Positions 10,601 through 17,969 are shown, counted from the stretch's first letter. The stretch is DNA of 59,298 nt from a candidate division Zixibacteria bacterium SM1_73 (GCA_001304225.1 LJVD01000001.1:1-59298), one strand, 5' to 3'. Made by a program: numbers and translations. Notes: generated by a model from the sequence alone, not told the origin.

Positions 10601-11493
10601 CAAACAAGGCCAAGAAAGAGCTTGAGCAGATCGAACCGGTTAGTATCGAACAAGCCCTGCAGCCCATCATCAATTACGGAACCCAAGCCATGGGGATCTT
10701 CGATGGCACCCCCGATGTCACTCTGGGCGCCATAACGAAGCAGGTCGCCCGGCAGGCCGTTGAAAACCAGATAGTCGCAGTCACACAGAGCCTGGGCGTC
10801 AACCTGGCGCTGGAGACAATCGGCACCGTGGAGAACATCCTGACCTCGCTCGTCAACGCCGCGGAATGGGCCTCGCAGGCGGAGGACGTGGTGAGCGGGA
10901 CCCTGGGCCATATCTACAGCCGTCCCCTGCTGCAGAACATGGCTGTCCAGAACCCGAGTTTCGTGGCAACCGTGGCCATGATGGGCAAGCTGCCGGAGCT
11001 CGTCGATGATTTCAATGAAGGCTTGGAGGCCAACGATCCGGACTCCTGCCAGATTGTGCTCGACCAGGTCCGGACGCTCGTCCTGGGCAACATGTCCAGC
11101 GTAACGACGGATCAGATCCTCTCCAACCAGAGCGGCCCGAGCTTCTACCACATCGATTACACGAGCTTCGGACTGAACATCAGCTACACTTCGATCTGGA
11201 AGGACAGCCATGGCCAAAAGCATTCCGACAGCGTGACCCTGTCTACCGGCTTCCCCCTCTTCCTGACCCTGGTCCTCCAATTGCGCCTGGCCGTGGAAGA
11301 GTGGGGGAGAGAGGGGGAGGACTATGCCTACGCGCCCTATTTCAGGGGAATGGAACTCTACGACCTGGAGGACAACCTGTCGTCAGCGGTTAAGAAGGAC
11401 GCGACGGTCGAGGCCATGCGGACTTACAGGCCCATCATCGAGAATATGCTCCTGGCCATCTCCGGCCTGGTCGATGCTCTCCTGTTGAATTGA
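7621..11493 (+). CDS. Large membrane-anchored/secreted protein with PKD and PLAT/LH2 domains (1290 aa)
   Basis: Uninterrupted 3.9-kb ORF with GGAAGGGGTGAG upstream of the ATG. N-terminal signal-anchor ALFKAILFVACIAGLCLVCL. PKD and PLAT signatures are listed as sub-features. The gene is visibly GC-rich relative to its flanks. Confidence 0.8.
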   Translation: MESKPRFPSANTRLQALFKAILFVACIAGLCLVCLGDRGANSLKVSGPKVTAHSPIALVSPGAGQDSPPGHSFQAFIHVETEGYLQALAVCDTALVFDVELPDRSHKVKAYSQPDGRLLWEKAYTEVYSHLPGPALYIHGDRLGLYASETSPSSSTIGLHVLDLNTGAKLHYTRESPLAAYGPYIVSQSGSKGNVYDMNQGTYLKEYTQAERLRFKAMIGDKVLYLRSWSTAQEYWSPLLLSLADGSESWTDRPFTAEELAFLRNETPSSSSLVTNGFPVLFQQRPRSSLPPATPLRFFLLTENGPCRFFSLQDFGLSGIHAGRETGVVDFQHAWSSGTNAVLVAGIASPLSAVMNYRSRLALVVFNAQGSILQRTEVPLNGEFVRYSGLDNRGRLLLVLSDQRVLAYDLPALGLRFEREYGGLSFGGRSMARMMGRELYAWGSYPSRPSGHCVISLTTEAGDLSAFYPFDRSLGNLADFKKTYLEAFNASHLFLCFIKDVKPAGRTEYRSTIVRIPRANKGWLEATLSAPPPVYTSSAVPVAFSPSFALLSTDGGSIAEETTWNTPPEPGIYILTLSVGAVTKEFPIQVEAKPVNKAPVADFILVDPSEEEMWRLEAHFDGSASHDPDGRIVKYEWSYSCEPHFGITAFGGSTPQASALLPGVCDYFSVSVTLKVTDDKGLASSKTRRIFPPVAQTVKRETDKKEFTAAIPPALDLAASAGYASYRIEVETGDMEGAGTNANVLLTLYGPKRADGMRCRSGSEWDLQGLPENFIAQFEKGKTDTFHRSGVALENVEYITLRHTNTGGRPGWHVKSLTVKNETTGKEWHFIIDQWLAFSEGPEHRTWYKFTPLEAIYSYGILFGGQRRSMGLLTASDNIFILPNSVSEFYFTMLDKSKPLKIFRSDVLVGSQESRGKGVLEPPYIKTEDWGIAYSASDIQSPTRFEVRQGPEGSEVESVVWVFPSNWTARQDLARKAVFFYPLQGSAQDVFGYANKAKKELEQIEPVSIEQALQPIINYGTQAMGIFDGTPDVTLGAITKQVARQAVENQIVAVTQSLGVNLALETIGTVENILTSLVNAAEWASQAEDVVSGTLGHIYSRPLLQNMAVQNPSFVATVAMMGKLPELVDDFNEGLEANDPDSCQIVLDQVRTLVLGNMSSVTTDQILSNQSGPSFYHIDYTSFGLNISYTSIWKDSHGQKHSDSVTLSTGFPLFLTLVLQLRLAVEEWGREGEDYAYAPYFRGMELYDLEDNLSSAVKKDATVEAMRTYRPIIENMLLAISGLVDALLLN
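9406..9690 (+). other. PKD-type Ig-like domain within the 1290-aa protein
   Basis: NKAPVADFILV...AHFDGSASHDPDGRIVKYEWSY...VSVTLKVTDDKGLASS matches the PKD consensus (FdaSgSsDpdG-I-sY-W ... V-L-VtDd-G). Confidence 0.75.
9796..10131 (+). other. PLAT/LH2 domain within the 1290-aa protein
   Basis: YRIEVETGDMEGAGTNANVLLTLYGPK...FEKGKTDTFHRSGVALENVEYITLRHTNTGGRPGWHVKSLTVKNETTGKEWHFIIDQWLA follows the PLAT consensus (Y-v-v-TGd--gAGTdanV-i-L-G ... FerG--d-F ... hdn-g---W-l--v-v ... F----Wl). Confidence 0.8.
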
Positions 11494-11651
11494 AACCACG
11501 AGCCAGGGCAAGCTCTGCCTGTCGAAGGGCAAGCATAAAGTCCGATTCAGACATCAAAACAGCAATAATTAATCTGTTTTTTTTATTTAACCCTTGATAT
11601 GCAATCAAAGGGCTACTATCATAGAGCATCCCGAGATAACGATGGCTCAAA

Positions 11652-12854
11652 ATGCAGAGAGATTCTAATAGAGGCAAGAAGATAAACATCTGGGTTATCC
11701 CCCGTCCTTTGCTTACGCCAAGCCAACGCAAGGTCGTGAAAAAACCTCTTGGAAAACATCAGATTGTTTTTGGGCCTGTGGGATCCGGTAAAACTCAGGT
11801 TCTTCTCCACAGGGCGGCCTATCTTGCAGAAACTTATGGTGTTCCTACTGATAGATACAGGGTGTTTGTTTTCACCAACATGGCGAGGGAGTATATCAGG
11901 CGCGGAGCTCAGCTTTTGGGCCTTCCAGAGGAGACAGTGACCACCTTCGATCAATGGTGCAGGCTTTTCTATGAAAAACACATATCCAAGGACCTGCCCA
12001 GAACATACATCAACCTTAGAATCGATTTCCAGAGAATCCGTTCGGATGTTTTGAATACACTGGGGCGGAAGAAAGGGCTTCACAATTGTCTGGAATTTGC
12101 CCTTGTGGATGACGGACAGGATTTGAATCCTGAAGCCTTTGAGATTCTCAGGAATTGTGCCCACCATGTCACTGTCTTCGCGGATTTTCAGCAGAAGATA
12201 GTTGAAAACAAAACATCAGAGCCTTTTATTCTCGAGACGCTAAAAGAGAAAAATAGAGAGGAAACTCTAACCGGAACATACAGAAATGCGCCGTATGTGG
12301 CCAATCTGGCTTCATATTTTATCTCTAACGAAATCCTGCGACGGTTGTATCTTGCTCAAATTTCTTCAAAGCAAAAAAGGAAGGAGCATCCTCTCTGCTA
12401 CCTTGCTCCCTCCTATGATAAAGAGCTGGACGAACTGGCAGCATCTGTCCAGATGAGGCAGTCCAGGGACAAGAAGGTCGGGATCATTGTCCCCTCCAAC
12501 AGTTTGCTTCATGAGCTGGCAAAAGAGATGTTGAGGAGAGGAGTAAAGGTTGACAAGGTCATAGAAAGAGATGCCCAGAACGTGTTGCATGAGCCCTATG
12601 ATTTTGGCGATGATGTCCCCAAAATAACCACATACCACACAGCCAAAGGCTTGACATTTGGCAGCGTTTTCCTGCCTCGTCTGACAGAGCATGCCTTTCA
12701 TGGGATAAAGGGGGCCGCGAGACAACGAGTCCTTTTTGTTGGGATAACACGAGCAAGAAAATGGGTATATTTGAGCACGGTCAGAGGAAACGAACTCAAA
12801 GAGATCAATCTGTTGAGAACAGCAGCAGCTTCAGGACATCTTTTAATGTTGTAG
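11652..12854 (+). CDS. Compact UvrD/Rep-like superfamily-1 helicase/ATPase (400 aa)
   Basis: LTPSQRKVV followed by Walker A GPVGSGKT, Walker B-like LVDDGQD, YRN motif, and C-terminal TTYHTAKGLTFGSVFL and VGITRARKW (helicase motifs V/VI). About half the length of canonical UvrD, so it appears to lack the 1B/2B insertions. Confidence 0.7.
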   Translation: MQRDSNRGKKINIWVIPRPLLTPSQRKVVKKPLGKHQIVFGPVGSGKTQVLLHRAAYLAETYGVPTDRYRVFVFTNMAREYIRRGAQLLGLPEETVTTFDQWCRLFYEKHISKDLPRTYINLRIDFQRIRSDVLNTLGRKKGLHNCLEFALVDDGQDLNPEAFEILRNCAHHVTVFADFQQKIVENKTSEPFILETLKEKNREETLTGTYRNAPYVANLASYFISNEILRRLYLAQISSKQKRKEHPLCYLAPSYDKELDELAASVQMRQSRDKKVGIIVPSNSLLHELAKEMLRRGVKVDKVIERDAQNVLHEPYDFGDDVPKITTYHTAKGLTFGSVFLPRLTEHAFHGIKGAARQRVLFVGITRARKWVYLSTVRGNELKEINLLRTAAASGHLLML

Positions 12855-12894
12855 AGGACGCCCTCTCAAGTTGCCACCCATTTATTAGTGATTA

Positions 12895-13044
12895 GGTGGA
12901 CGGGCCAAGATATTTTTTTTAATTTGAATAAGATAGCCAAAAAATCAAGGGGAATTTCTTCCTTAGGAGGCTATTTTTAGGGCTATTAAGGCCAAAATAA
13001 ACCTATGTTTCTGTAAATCAACGAAATATCTTGGTCCGCCCCCC
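12895..13044. repeat. ~22-nt imperfect inverted repeat bracketing a 106-nt AT-rich segment
   Basis: GGTGGACGGGCCAAGATATTTT (12895-12916) against the reverse complement of GAAATATCTTGGTCCGCCCCCC (13023-13044), 18 of 22 positions matching. Lies in the convergent gap between the helicase and the ABC permease. Confidence 0.5.
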
Positions 13045-13086
13045 TTTTCTCCAGGATTGGAGGAGTGTAATTATAAAGAGGACATA

Positions 13087-14868
13087 TCATTTGAACTGTC
13101 TTTTATGTTTAGGAGCCTCATAATCAAGCCCTATCATTACAGGCTCAGGCTTTTCTTCATACTGTATTCCTGTGTTTCTATAGAAAAAAACCAATTGATA
13201 AATACGTATGGCCAAATAGGCAAAGAATACAATTCCATAAAATATGAAAAAACTCGGAAGAAAACGTAAAAGCTCCAACTCAATCCAACTCATAAGATTG
13301 ATGCAGACTAAAAACAGGATTAGATAGGGAAACCAAAATAATTGCAGCTTTTCCTTTCCTGGAAGATAAGTGCAGGCAAATGGTATTTTGCAATACTTAA
13401 GAAATAGCACTTCCATCACAAGGATCGATACGACAAGACCATAGAAACAGTGGTAAAAAGCCGCTATTCCATCCCACAGAAATATATGGCATATAAAAAG
13501 AAAGATAAATAAAGGAATGAGATTGAGAAAGACGACAGCCTTTCTAAAGCCCGCTAAATAATGCCGAATGTTTTTATGCTCGGTCATTTGAAAAATCCAA
13601 TTTGACTCAATTGATATCGGCATATTGACAACTCCTCTTAGCCCAAGCAGCAAAAAGAACGAAAGAATAAGGGAGATGGAGAGAACGGCTCTGTTGATCC
13701 CGACCCAGGATGTTGGATTCACATTTTTAAGGGCTATCTGGAATGGAATCAGTCCGACTCCGATGGCCACAAAAGATGCCAGTCGCATTTTATGAAACAT
13801 ACTGGCTTTTAGTGTTTGACTATAAAAATGAAAGATAGCCCGTTGAACGGGATTCCTCAAAAAAAAAGAATTTAACAGAGCGGTGAAAAACATCCTCAAC
13901 TTTCTCAAGTGAATTTTCTCTCTCTGGACAGAGCCCATTTTTTTTAGGTAGCGTCTGTAACTCAGGCCAGTGGCTATAAAAAAAGTTCCCATCATTATCA
14001 CTAATCCTGTCAACGCATAACTGAATGTGCCATGAAATGGGAGATTTGTATTGCCCACAAGAGTCTCGTAGAAGTCCGTAAACCACAAAGGAGGAAAATA
14101 ATCATAAAAATAGCGAAGATAGGAATCACTAGCCTTAAGTCGTTCCAGTGGAACCAAATTTTCAAACCCATAGATGACAATCCGCAAGTATATCAAGGAC
14201 AGGAAAATGTGGACGACAAGAAGGAAAGATTTTATGTAGGTTGAGATACGATTGAACAGTTTATACCCAAGCAATGTCATGAGTATGCAAATCAGAAAGA
14301 CATTGATAAAGAAGGCAAAAAAGCAAGCTAATGTCACACTTATAAAATGGATAAGAGCAAAGTACAGACTGTAGAGAATGCTGGGAGACTGCCATTGGGG
14401 AAGATGCACCCAGAAAACGAAGGTTGACAGCCCAGTCATACCAAGGGCAAACAATCCTACAAAAAGGCAAAGACTGGCAAATTTGGCGAAAAAAATTGTG
14501 CCTGCTCTTATCGGGAGAGGGTTTAAATTTACATAATCCCTGCCATCTGGAAACATAATATCCCACTCAAAAACAGCGACAAAGCCCATAATCAGCATAC
14601 AAAATATTATCAGGACACACTTCTCAATCCAGGAAGTCCCTGTGTCCGGTAAATATCCGTATTTAGAAACGAGGGCATAGGATAATAGGCCACAAAAGAC
14701 AAAAATAATGGCTAAGATCCCGACTATTCTTTCTCTCATCTGGTCTTCAAAATCCACCACATCGTTCTGAAACAGCCTGTGAAAGAAATGCTTGACTAAA
14801 ACCAAGAATTGCTTTGTTTGTCCTTTGGAGTGATCCAGAATATTGTCAAAATCAATTATAGAAATCAT
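13087..14868 (-). CDS. Polytopic membrane protein, putative ABC exporter permease (593 aa)
   Basis: The ORF start overlaps the stop of the upstream ABC ATPase by 4 nt (14865-14868). Many hydrophobic helices run throughout the protein. AT-rich: 21/60 G+C at 13441-13500. Confidence 0.65.
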   Translation of the reverse strand: MISIIDFDNILDHSKGQTKQFLVLVKHFFHRLFQNDVVDFEDQMRERIVGILAIIFVFCGLLSYALVSKYGYLPDTGTSWIEKCVLIIFCMLIMGFVAVFEWDIMFPDGRDYVNLNPLPIRAGTIFFAKFASLCLFVGLFALGMTGLSTFVFWVHLPQWQSPSILYSLYFALIHFISVTLACFFAFFINVFLICILMTLLGYKLFNRISTYIKSFLLVVHIFLSLIYLRIVIYGFENLVPLERLKASDSYLRYFYDYFPPLWFTDFYETLVGNTNLPFHGTFSYALTGLVIMMGTFFIATGLSYRRYLKKMGSVQREKIHLRKLRMFFTALLNSFFLRNPVQRAIFHFYSQTLKASMFHKMRLASFVAIGVGLIPFQIALKNVNPTSWVGINRAVLSISLILSFFLLLGLRGVVNMPISIESNWIFQMTEHKNIRHYLAGFRKAVVFLNLIPLFIFLFICHIFLWDGIAAFYHCFYGLVVSILVMEVLFLKYCKIPFACTYLPGKEKLQLFWFPYLILFLVCINLMSWIELELLRFLPSFFIFYGIVFFAYLAIRIYQLVFFYRNTGIQYEEKPEPVMIGLDYEAPKHKRQFK

Positions 14869-15653
14869 TCTCGTTGATATTTCATGGCCTCTATCAATTT
14901 TTGAGCAACACTTTCTGTATTTCCCTGAACAACAAGTTGGTTAAATATTTCTTCAAGAGAAGGAAGCCTCATCAGGCCCCTTAAGTGCTCGACAGAATCA
15001 TCTGCCACTATTTTTCCCTTATGAATAATGATGACCCGGGAACATATTTTTTCCACAACTTCCAGTATATGGGAGCAATAGAAAATGATTTTGCCTTCCC
15101 TGCTCAGTCTATGGATAAGGTCTCTGATAATCAGCCCGGTTTCTACATCCAGCCCTGAAAGAGGCTCGTCAAGGAAGAGTATATCCGGATTATGAAGTAA
15201 AGCAGCGGAGAGAAGAACCTTCTGGACCATCCCTTTTGAGTAAGAAGAAATCGAGGAATGCATGTCCAGTGATAGGTGGAAGAGTCTCATGAACTGCTCT
15301 ATCTTTTCTTTTAATGCCTTTTCAGGAATATTGCGGAGCCGTCCCACCATCAATAGATAGTCATAAGCGCTGAGGTGTGGATATATCGCAGGTTCTTCTG
15401 GAACATAGGCTATCCTCTTCTTGTATTCATACAGATTGCCTTTTATATTATTGCCCTGGAAATAGATCTCTCCGTCTGTTGGATCGATGAGGCCGACAAG
15501 CATCTTGATGGTGGTTGTCTTTCCAGCTCCGTTGGGTCCTAAATATCCAAGGACTTCAGACGGCTTGACACTAAAGCTGATATTGTCCACCGCTGGAAAG
15601 ACCTCGTATTTTTTTGTAATCTCCTTTAATTCGAGCATTTTTTCACCCACCAA
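14865..15653 (-). CDS. ABC transporter ATP-binding protein
   Basis: Walker A GPNGAGKTTTIKML, signature-like YSKGMVQK, Walker B ILFLDEPLSGLD, H-loop SHIL. The track start at 15653 is TTG. ATG at 15638 (MLELKEITKKY) preceded by GGTGGGTG is the more likely start. Confidence 0.9.
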   Translation of the reverse strand: MVGEKMLELKEITKKYEVFPAVDNISFSVKPSEVLGYLGPNGAGKTTTIKMLVGLIDPTDGEIYFQGNNIKGNLYEYKKRIAYVPEEPAIYPHLSAYDYLLMVGRLRNIPEKALKEKIEQFMRLFHLSLDMHSSISSYSKGMVQKVLLSAALLHNPDILFLDEPLSGLDVETGLIIRDLIHRLSREGKIIFYCSHILEVVEKICSRVIIIHKGKIVADDSVEHLRGLMRLPSLEEIFNQLVVQGNTESVAQKLIEAMKYQRE

Positions 15654-15656
15654 AAG

Positions 15657-15725
15657 CTAGGCCGCGTCTATGGCCTCGATAATAATGAAGCAGGGTGGAA
15701 TGAATAGGCCCCCATTAATTTTCAT
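15657..15725 (-). CDS. Candidate 22-codon hydrophobic sORF leading the ABC operon (MKINGGLFIPPCFIIIEAIDAA)
   Basis: Below the ORF-track size cutoff. Reverse strand reads AGGAGG-ttagggga-ATG AAA ATT AAT GGG GGC CTA TTC ATT CCA CCC TGC TTC ATT ATT ATC GAG GCC ATA GAC GCG GCC TAG. The stop lies 18 nt before the ATPase ATG at 15638. Confidence 0.3.
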   Translation of the reverse strand: MKINGGLFIPPCFIIIEAIDAA

Positions 15726-15771
15726 TCCCCTAACCTCCTGAGGAGATGATAAATCAACTCTGTTTATATAT

Positions 15772-15801
15772 TATTTAGCACGAAGTTGCCCTGGTTGTCG
15801 A
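15772..15801 (-). promoter_or_regulatory. Putative promoter of the sORF-ABC operon
   Basis: Reverse strand: TCGACA (15801-15796), 18-nt spacer, TGcTAAATA extended -10 (15780-15772), ~45 nt upstream of the sORF ATG. Confidence 0.3.
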
Positions 15802-16024
15802 TAATATAAGGAGCAAAAACTGTGCCAACAAAGAAAATTCCATATGAATCATGAGATTTTTCATCTTGAATTTGGAGAAACCTTGAATCTGCCCGAGGGA
15901 TGGAAAAGGTTAAAATCCAAGGATCTATGTAAAATAATTTTACTCCTCACTAAAAAGCTTAGTATCCTAGCTTCGAATTTATATTGATTGATTTTTTATA
16001 TATATTTCCTTCTTAACTTCAACG

Positions 16025-16369
16025 ATGGCTCTAAGTAGAAAAAACAGGTTAAGTAAGTTGGTCCTGATTGTTTCAGGAACATTTTTTTTAGGGCTTGGAA
16101 TTACGGGAATATTTCTGCCTCTTTTACCCGCTACTCCCTTTATCTTGCTGGCTGCTTTATGCTATGCAAGAAATTCAAAGAAGCTCTACAATTGGCTCGT
16201 AAACAACGGGTGGTTTGGAAATTATATTAAGAATTATCGAGAGGGAAAAGGAATTTTTCGAATTGCTCTATGGTTCATTTTTGGAATATTCTATGTTTAT
16301 TTTTTCAACAAGCCCATGTCCCTACTATCTGAGTGCAGACTGTCATGTTTTGAATTCCTGTGGATGTAG
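16025..16369 (+). CDS. ybaN: YbaN/DUF454-family inner-membrane protein, possibly 3'-truncated
   Basis: GLGITGIFLPLLPATPFILLAALCYARNSKKLYNWL...WFGNYIKNYREGKG matches the YbaN N-terminal two-thirds. The last ~35 aa look atypical and overlap an opposite-strand TPR-tail remnant. Confidence 0.6.
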   Translation: MALSRKNRLSKLVLIVSGTFFLGLGITGIFLPLLPATPFILLAALCYARNSKKLYNWLVNNGWFGNYIKNYREGKGIFRIALWFIFGIFYVYFFNKPMSLLSECRLSCFEFLWM

Positions 16370-16554
16370 AGCAACCAAGTTGAGCGTTCATTATAGACCT
16401 CTTCATAGACCTCTCCAAACCACTCGAAGGCACGACCACCCTCGCCAAGACCAATAGAGACCATTGCGACATAAATTGGAGAAATATGCTGCTGACTTAA
16501 TCTATTTTTCTGAATCTCTGGCAGCCAACCCGTATACATAACCAAGCAAAGCAA
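16297..16554 (-). pseudogene. Remnant of the 3' end of a TPR/kinase-family gene
   Basis: ...SPIYVAMVSIGLGEGGRAFEWFGEVYEE..NERSTWLLYIHRNSKHDSLHSDSRDMGLLKK* resembles the recurrent C-terminal tail (LGe-dkAfeWLekAyeeR---L--l--dP-fD-LRsDPRF--LLkkMGL). It has no upstream gene body. Confidence 0.4.
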
Positions 16555-16644
16555 ACACTGCAGGGTACCCCATAGAGATGTCTAAACCCCATTTAACGGG
16601 ATATGAGCTGCGAACATATCATGTTTAAAAAAGAGAGTTTTGTC

Positions 16645-17094
16645 TTATTCAATGCTTTCCAGTTTTTCAATATCAGCGAGATCCTGTTTTCTTCCCGATG
16701 CTTGCTTGCATCTTATCAAGTCCTGTTTCGATATAAAAAAGACATCGATATCCCCATACCGGCCGACGACCCGATTCTCCCAAAAACTCGAAAAATCCAC
16801 ACCTTTAATCGAAGTCAGAATGTCAATTCTGACAGGAGCAACTCCCAACTGGATAACTTGGCCTGTTTCCAGGAAGTCTTTTTCAGTCAGTCCGATATCC
16901 GTAAATCCAAAGCCCTTAAGGGCCTTCAGAATTTTTTTTGCGTTTTCTATAGATTGTTCTGTAAGAATATCGATGTCTTTGGTAAAGCGCGGTTCCGCAT
17001 AAAAACTGTAGGCAAATCCCCCGATAATCAGGTAATGGACATCATGCCTGTTTAATAATGCGATAAAGTCTCTGAAATCTTTTTCGACTTTCAT
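16645..17094 (-). CDS. Nucleotidyltransferase-fold protein (MNT/DUF6036-like, TA-type)
   Basis: 149 aa. FIALLNRHDVHYLIIGGFAYSFYAEPRFTKDIDIL carries the GG...D-x-D nucleotidyltransferase signature, with a C-terminal GRKQDLADIEKL. Confidence 0.7.
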   Translation of the reverse strand: MKVEKDFRDFIALLNRHDVHYLIIGGFAYSFYAEPRFTKDIDILTEQSIENAKKILKALKGFGFTDIGLTEKDFLETGQVIQLGVAPVRIDILTSIKGVDFSSFWENRVVGRYGDIDVFFISKQDLIRCKQASGRKQDLADIEKLESIE

Positions 17095-17227
17095 TGCTCA
17101 AATCATAGTAGAGTTCTCTCAAATCTTGAAGCGCGTCAAGTCTTTCTTCGGAGGTTTTAGACTTCCAATAGGTGATGTCTACTTTTTCGGCTTCCTCTAG
17201 AGTTAATTTTCGAATCATCTTTTTCAC
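17042..17227 (-). CDS. Small partner protein of the nucleotidyltransferase (61 aa)
   Basis: LTLEEAEKVDITYWKSKTSEERLDALQDLRELYY...RFQRLYRIIKQA. Sits immediately upstream of the NTase ORF and overlaps it by 53 nt in another frame. Confidence 0.5.
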   Translation of the reverse strand: MKKMIRKLTLEEAEKVDITYWKSKTSEERLDALQDLRELYYDLSNESRKRFQRLYRIIKQA

Positions 17228-17300
17228 ATTTTAATTCTACCAAAGCAAAAATAAAAACTCTACTGCAATACTGGGATCGGCATCCTTCCAGAGGGTAGGT

Positions 17301-17969
17301 CTACTTTTTTGAACCTTCTGGAAAACCAGGCACGCCTTTCTCTAATTGAACACCACAGCTGTTTAATGCCCAGGAAACCAGATTATAATCCCCAACAGTA
17401 AAAATTACATCCATAAGCTGGTGTTCATTGTAGCGTTCGGAAAGGACCTTCCAGGTAGCGTCTGAAATAATGGCATCATAGTAAAATTCATCCACAGCTC
17501 GAATTAATGCGGCATCGAAAGCACTCCATCCTGGCTCATCCGGTCCTTTGGTGATCCGCAAGATTTCTTCATCCGTCAATCCTACACTTTTTCCCGCGAG
17601 CGTATGCTGTCCAAACTCGTACTCAGCCTGACAGAGCCAGCCGATGCGTAAAATAAGGATCTCTCGGTCACGAGCGGGCAGAGTTTGTTCTTGTAATATA
17701 TACAAAGCAAACGTCATGAAATGCTCGAACAATTTAGGGTGCCTAGCAAGCGTTGCGATGACATTGAGAACTTTTCCATCTTCGTCTTTGAAAGGAGCCA
17801 ACAATTTGATTTGTTCCTCGCTCCATTGTGCTTCCGTCAGTGGAGCAAGACGAGGTTCCTTAAGACGGAAAGGTTTTTTTGTTCCTTTTTGTCTTGAATT
17901 GCCACCAACCAATGTCATTACGAGCAATAAGCCAATCGATACACAAACAACTTTAAAAGAATTCATCAT
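17301..17969 (-). CDS. Carboxymuconolactone decarboxylase (CMD/AhpD-like) family protein with signal peptide
   Basis: ILILRIGWLCQAEYEFGQHTLAGKSVGLTDEEILRI is the CMD-family core. N-terminal hydrophobic signal FKVVCVSIGLLLVMTLVGG. Confidence 0.8.
   Translation of the reverse strand: MMNSFKVVCVSIGLLLVMTLVGGNSRQKGTKKPFRLKEPRLAPLTEAQWSEEQIKLLAPFKDEDGKVLNVIATLARHPKLFEHFMTFALYILQEQTLPARDREILILRIGWLCQAEYEFGQHTLAGKSVGLTDEEILRITKGPDEPGWSAFDAALIRAVDEFYYDAIISDATWKVLSERYNEHQLMDVIFTVGDYNLVSWALNSCGVQLEKGVPGFPEGSKK

Noticed and set aside
15657-15725. Reading the sORF as a double-glycine-leader bacteriocin precursor (MKINGG / LFIPPC...)
   Set aside because: The 'leader' would be only 6 residues, against the usual 15-25. 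The downstream ATPase has no C39 peptidase domain, and no modification enzymes are nearby. It is kept only as a generic sORF candidate.
15846-15989. 47-codon plus-strand ORF MNHEIFHLEFGETLNLPEGWKRL... in the ABC/ybaN divergent gap
   Set aside because: It has no Shine-Dalgarno and no recognisable motif, and it lies in an AT-rich promoter region where short ORFs arise by chance.
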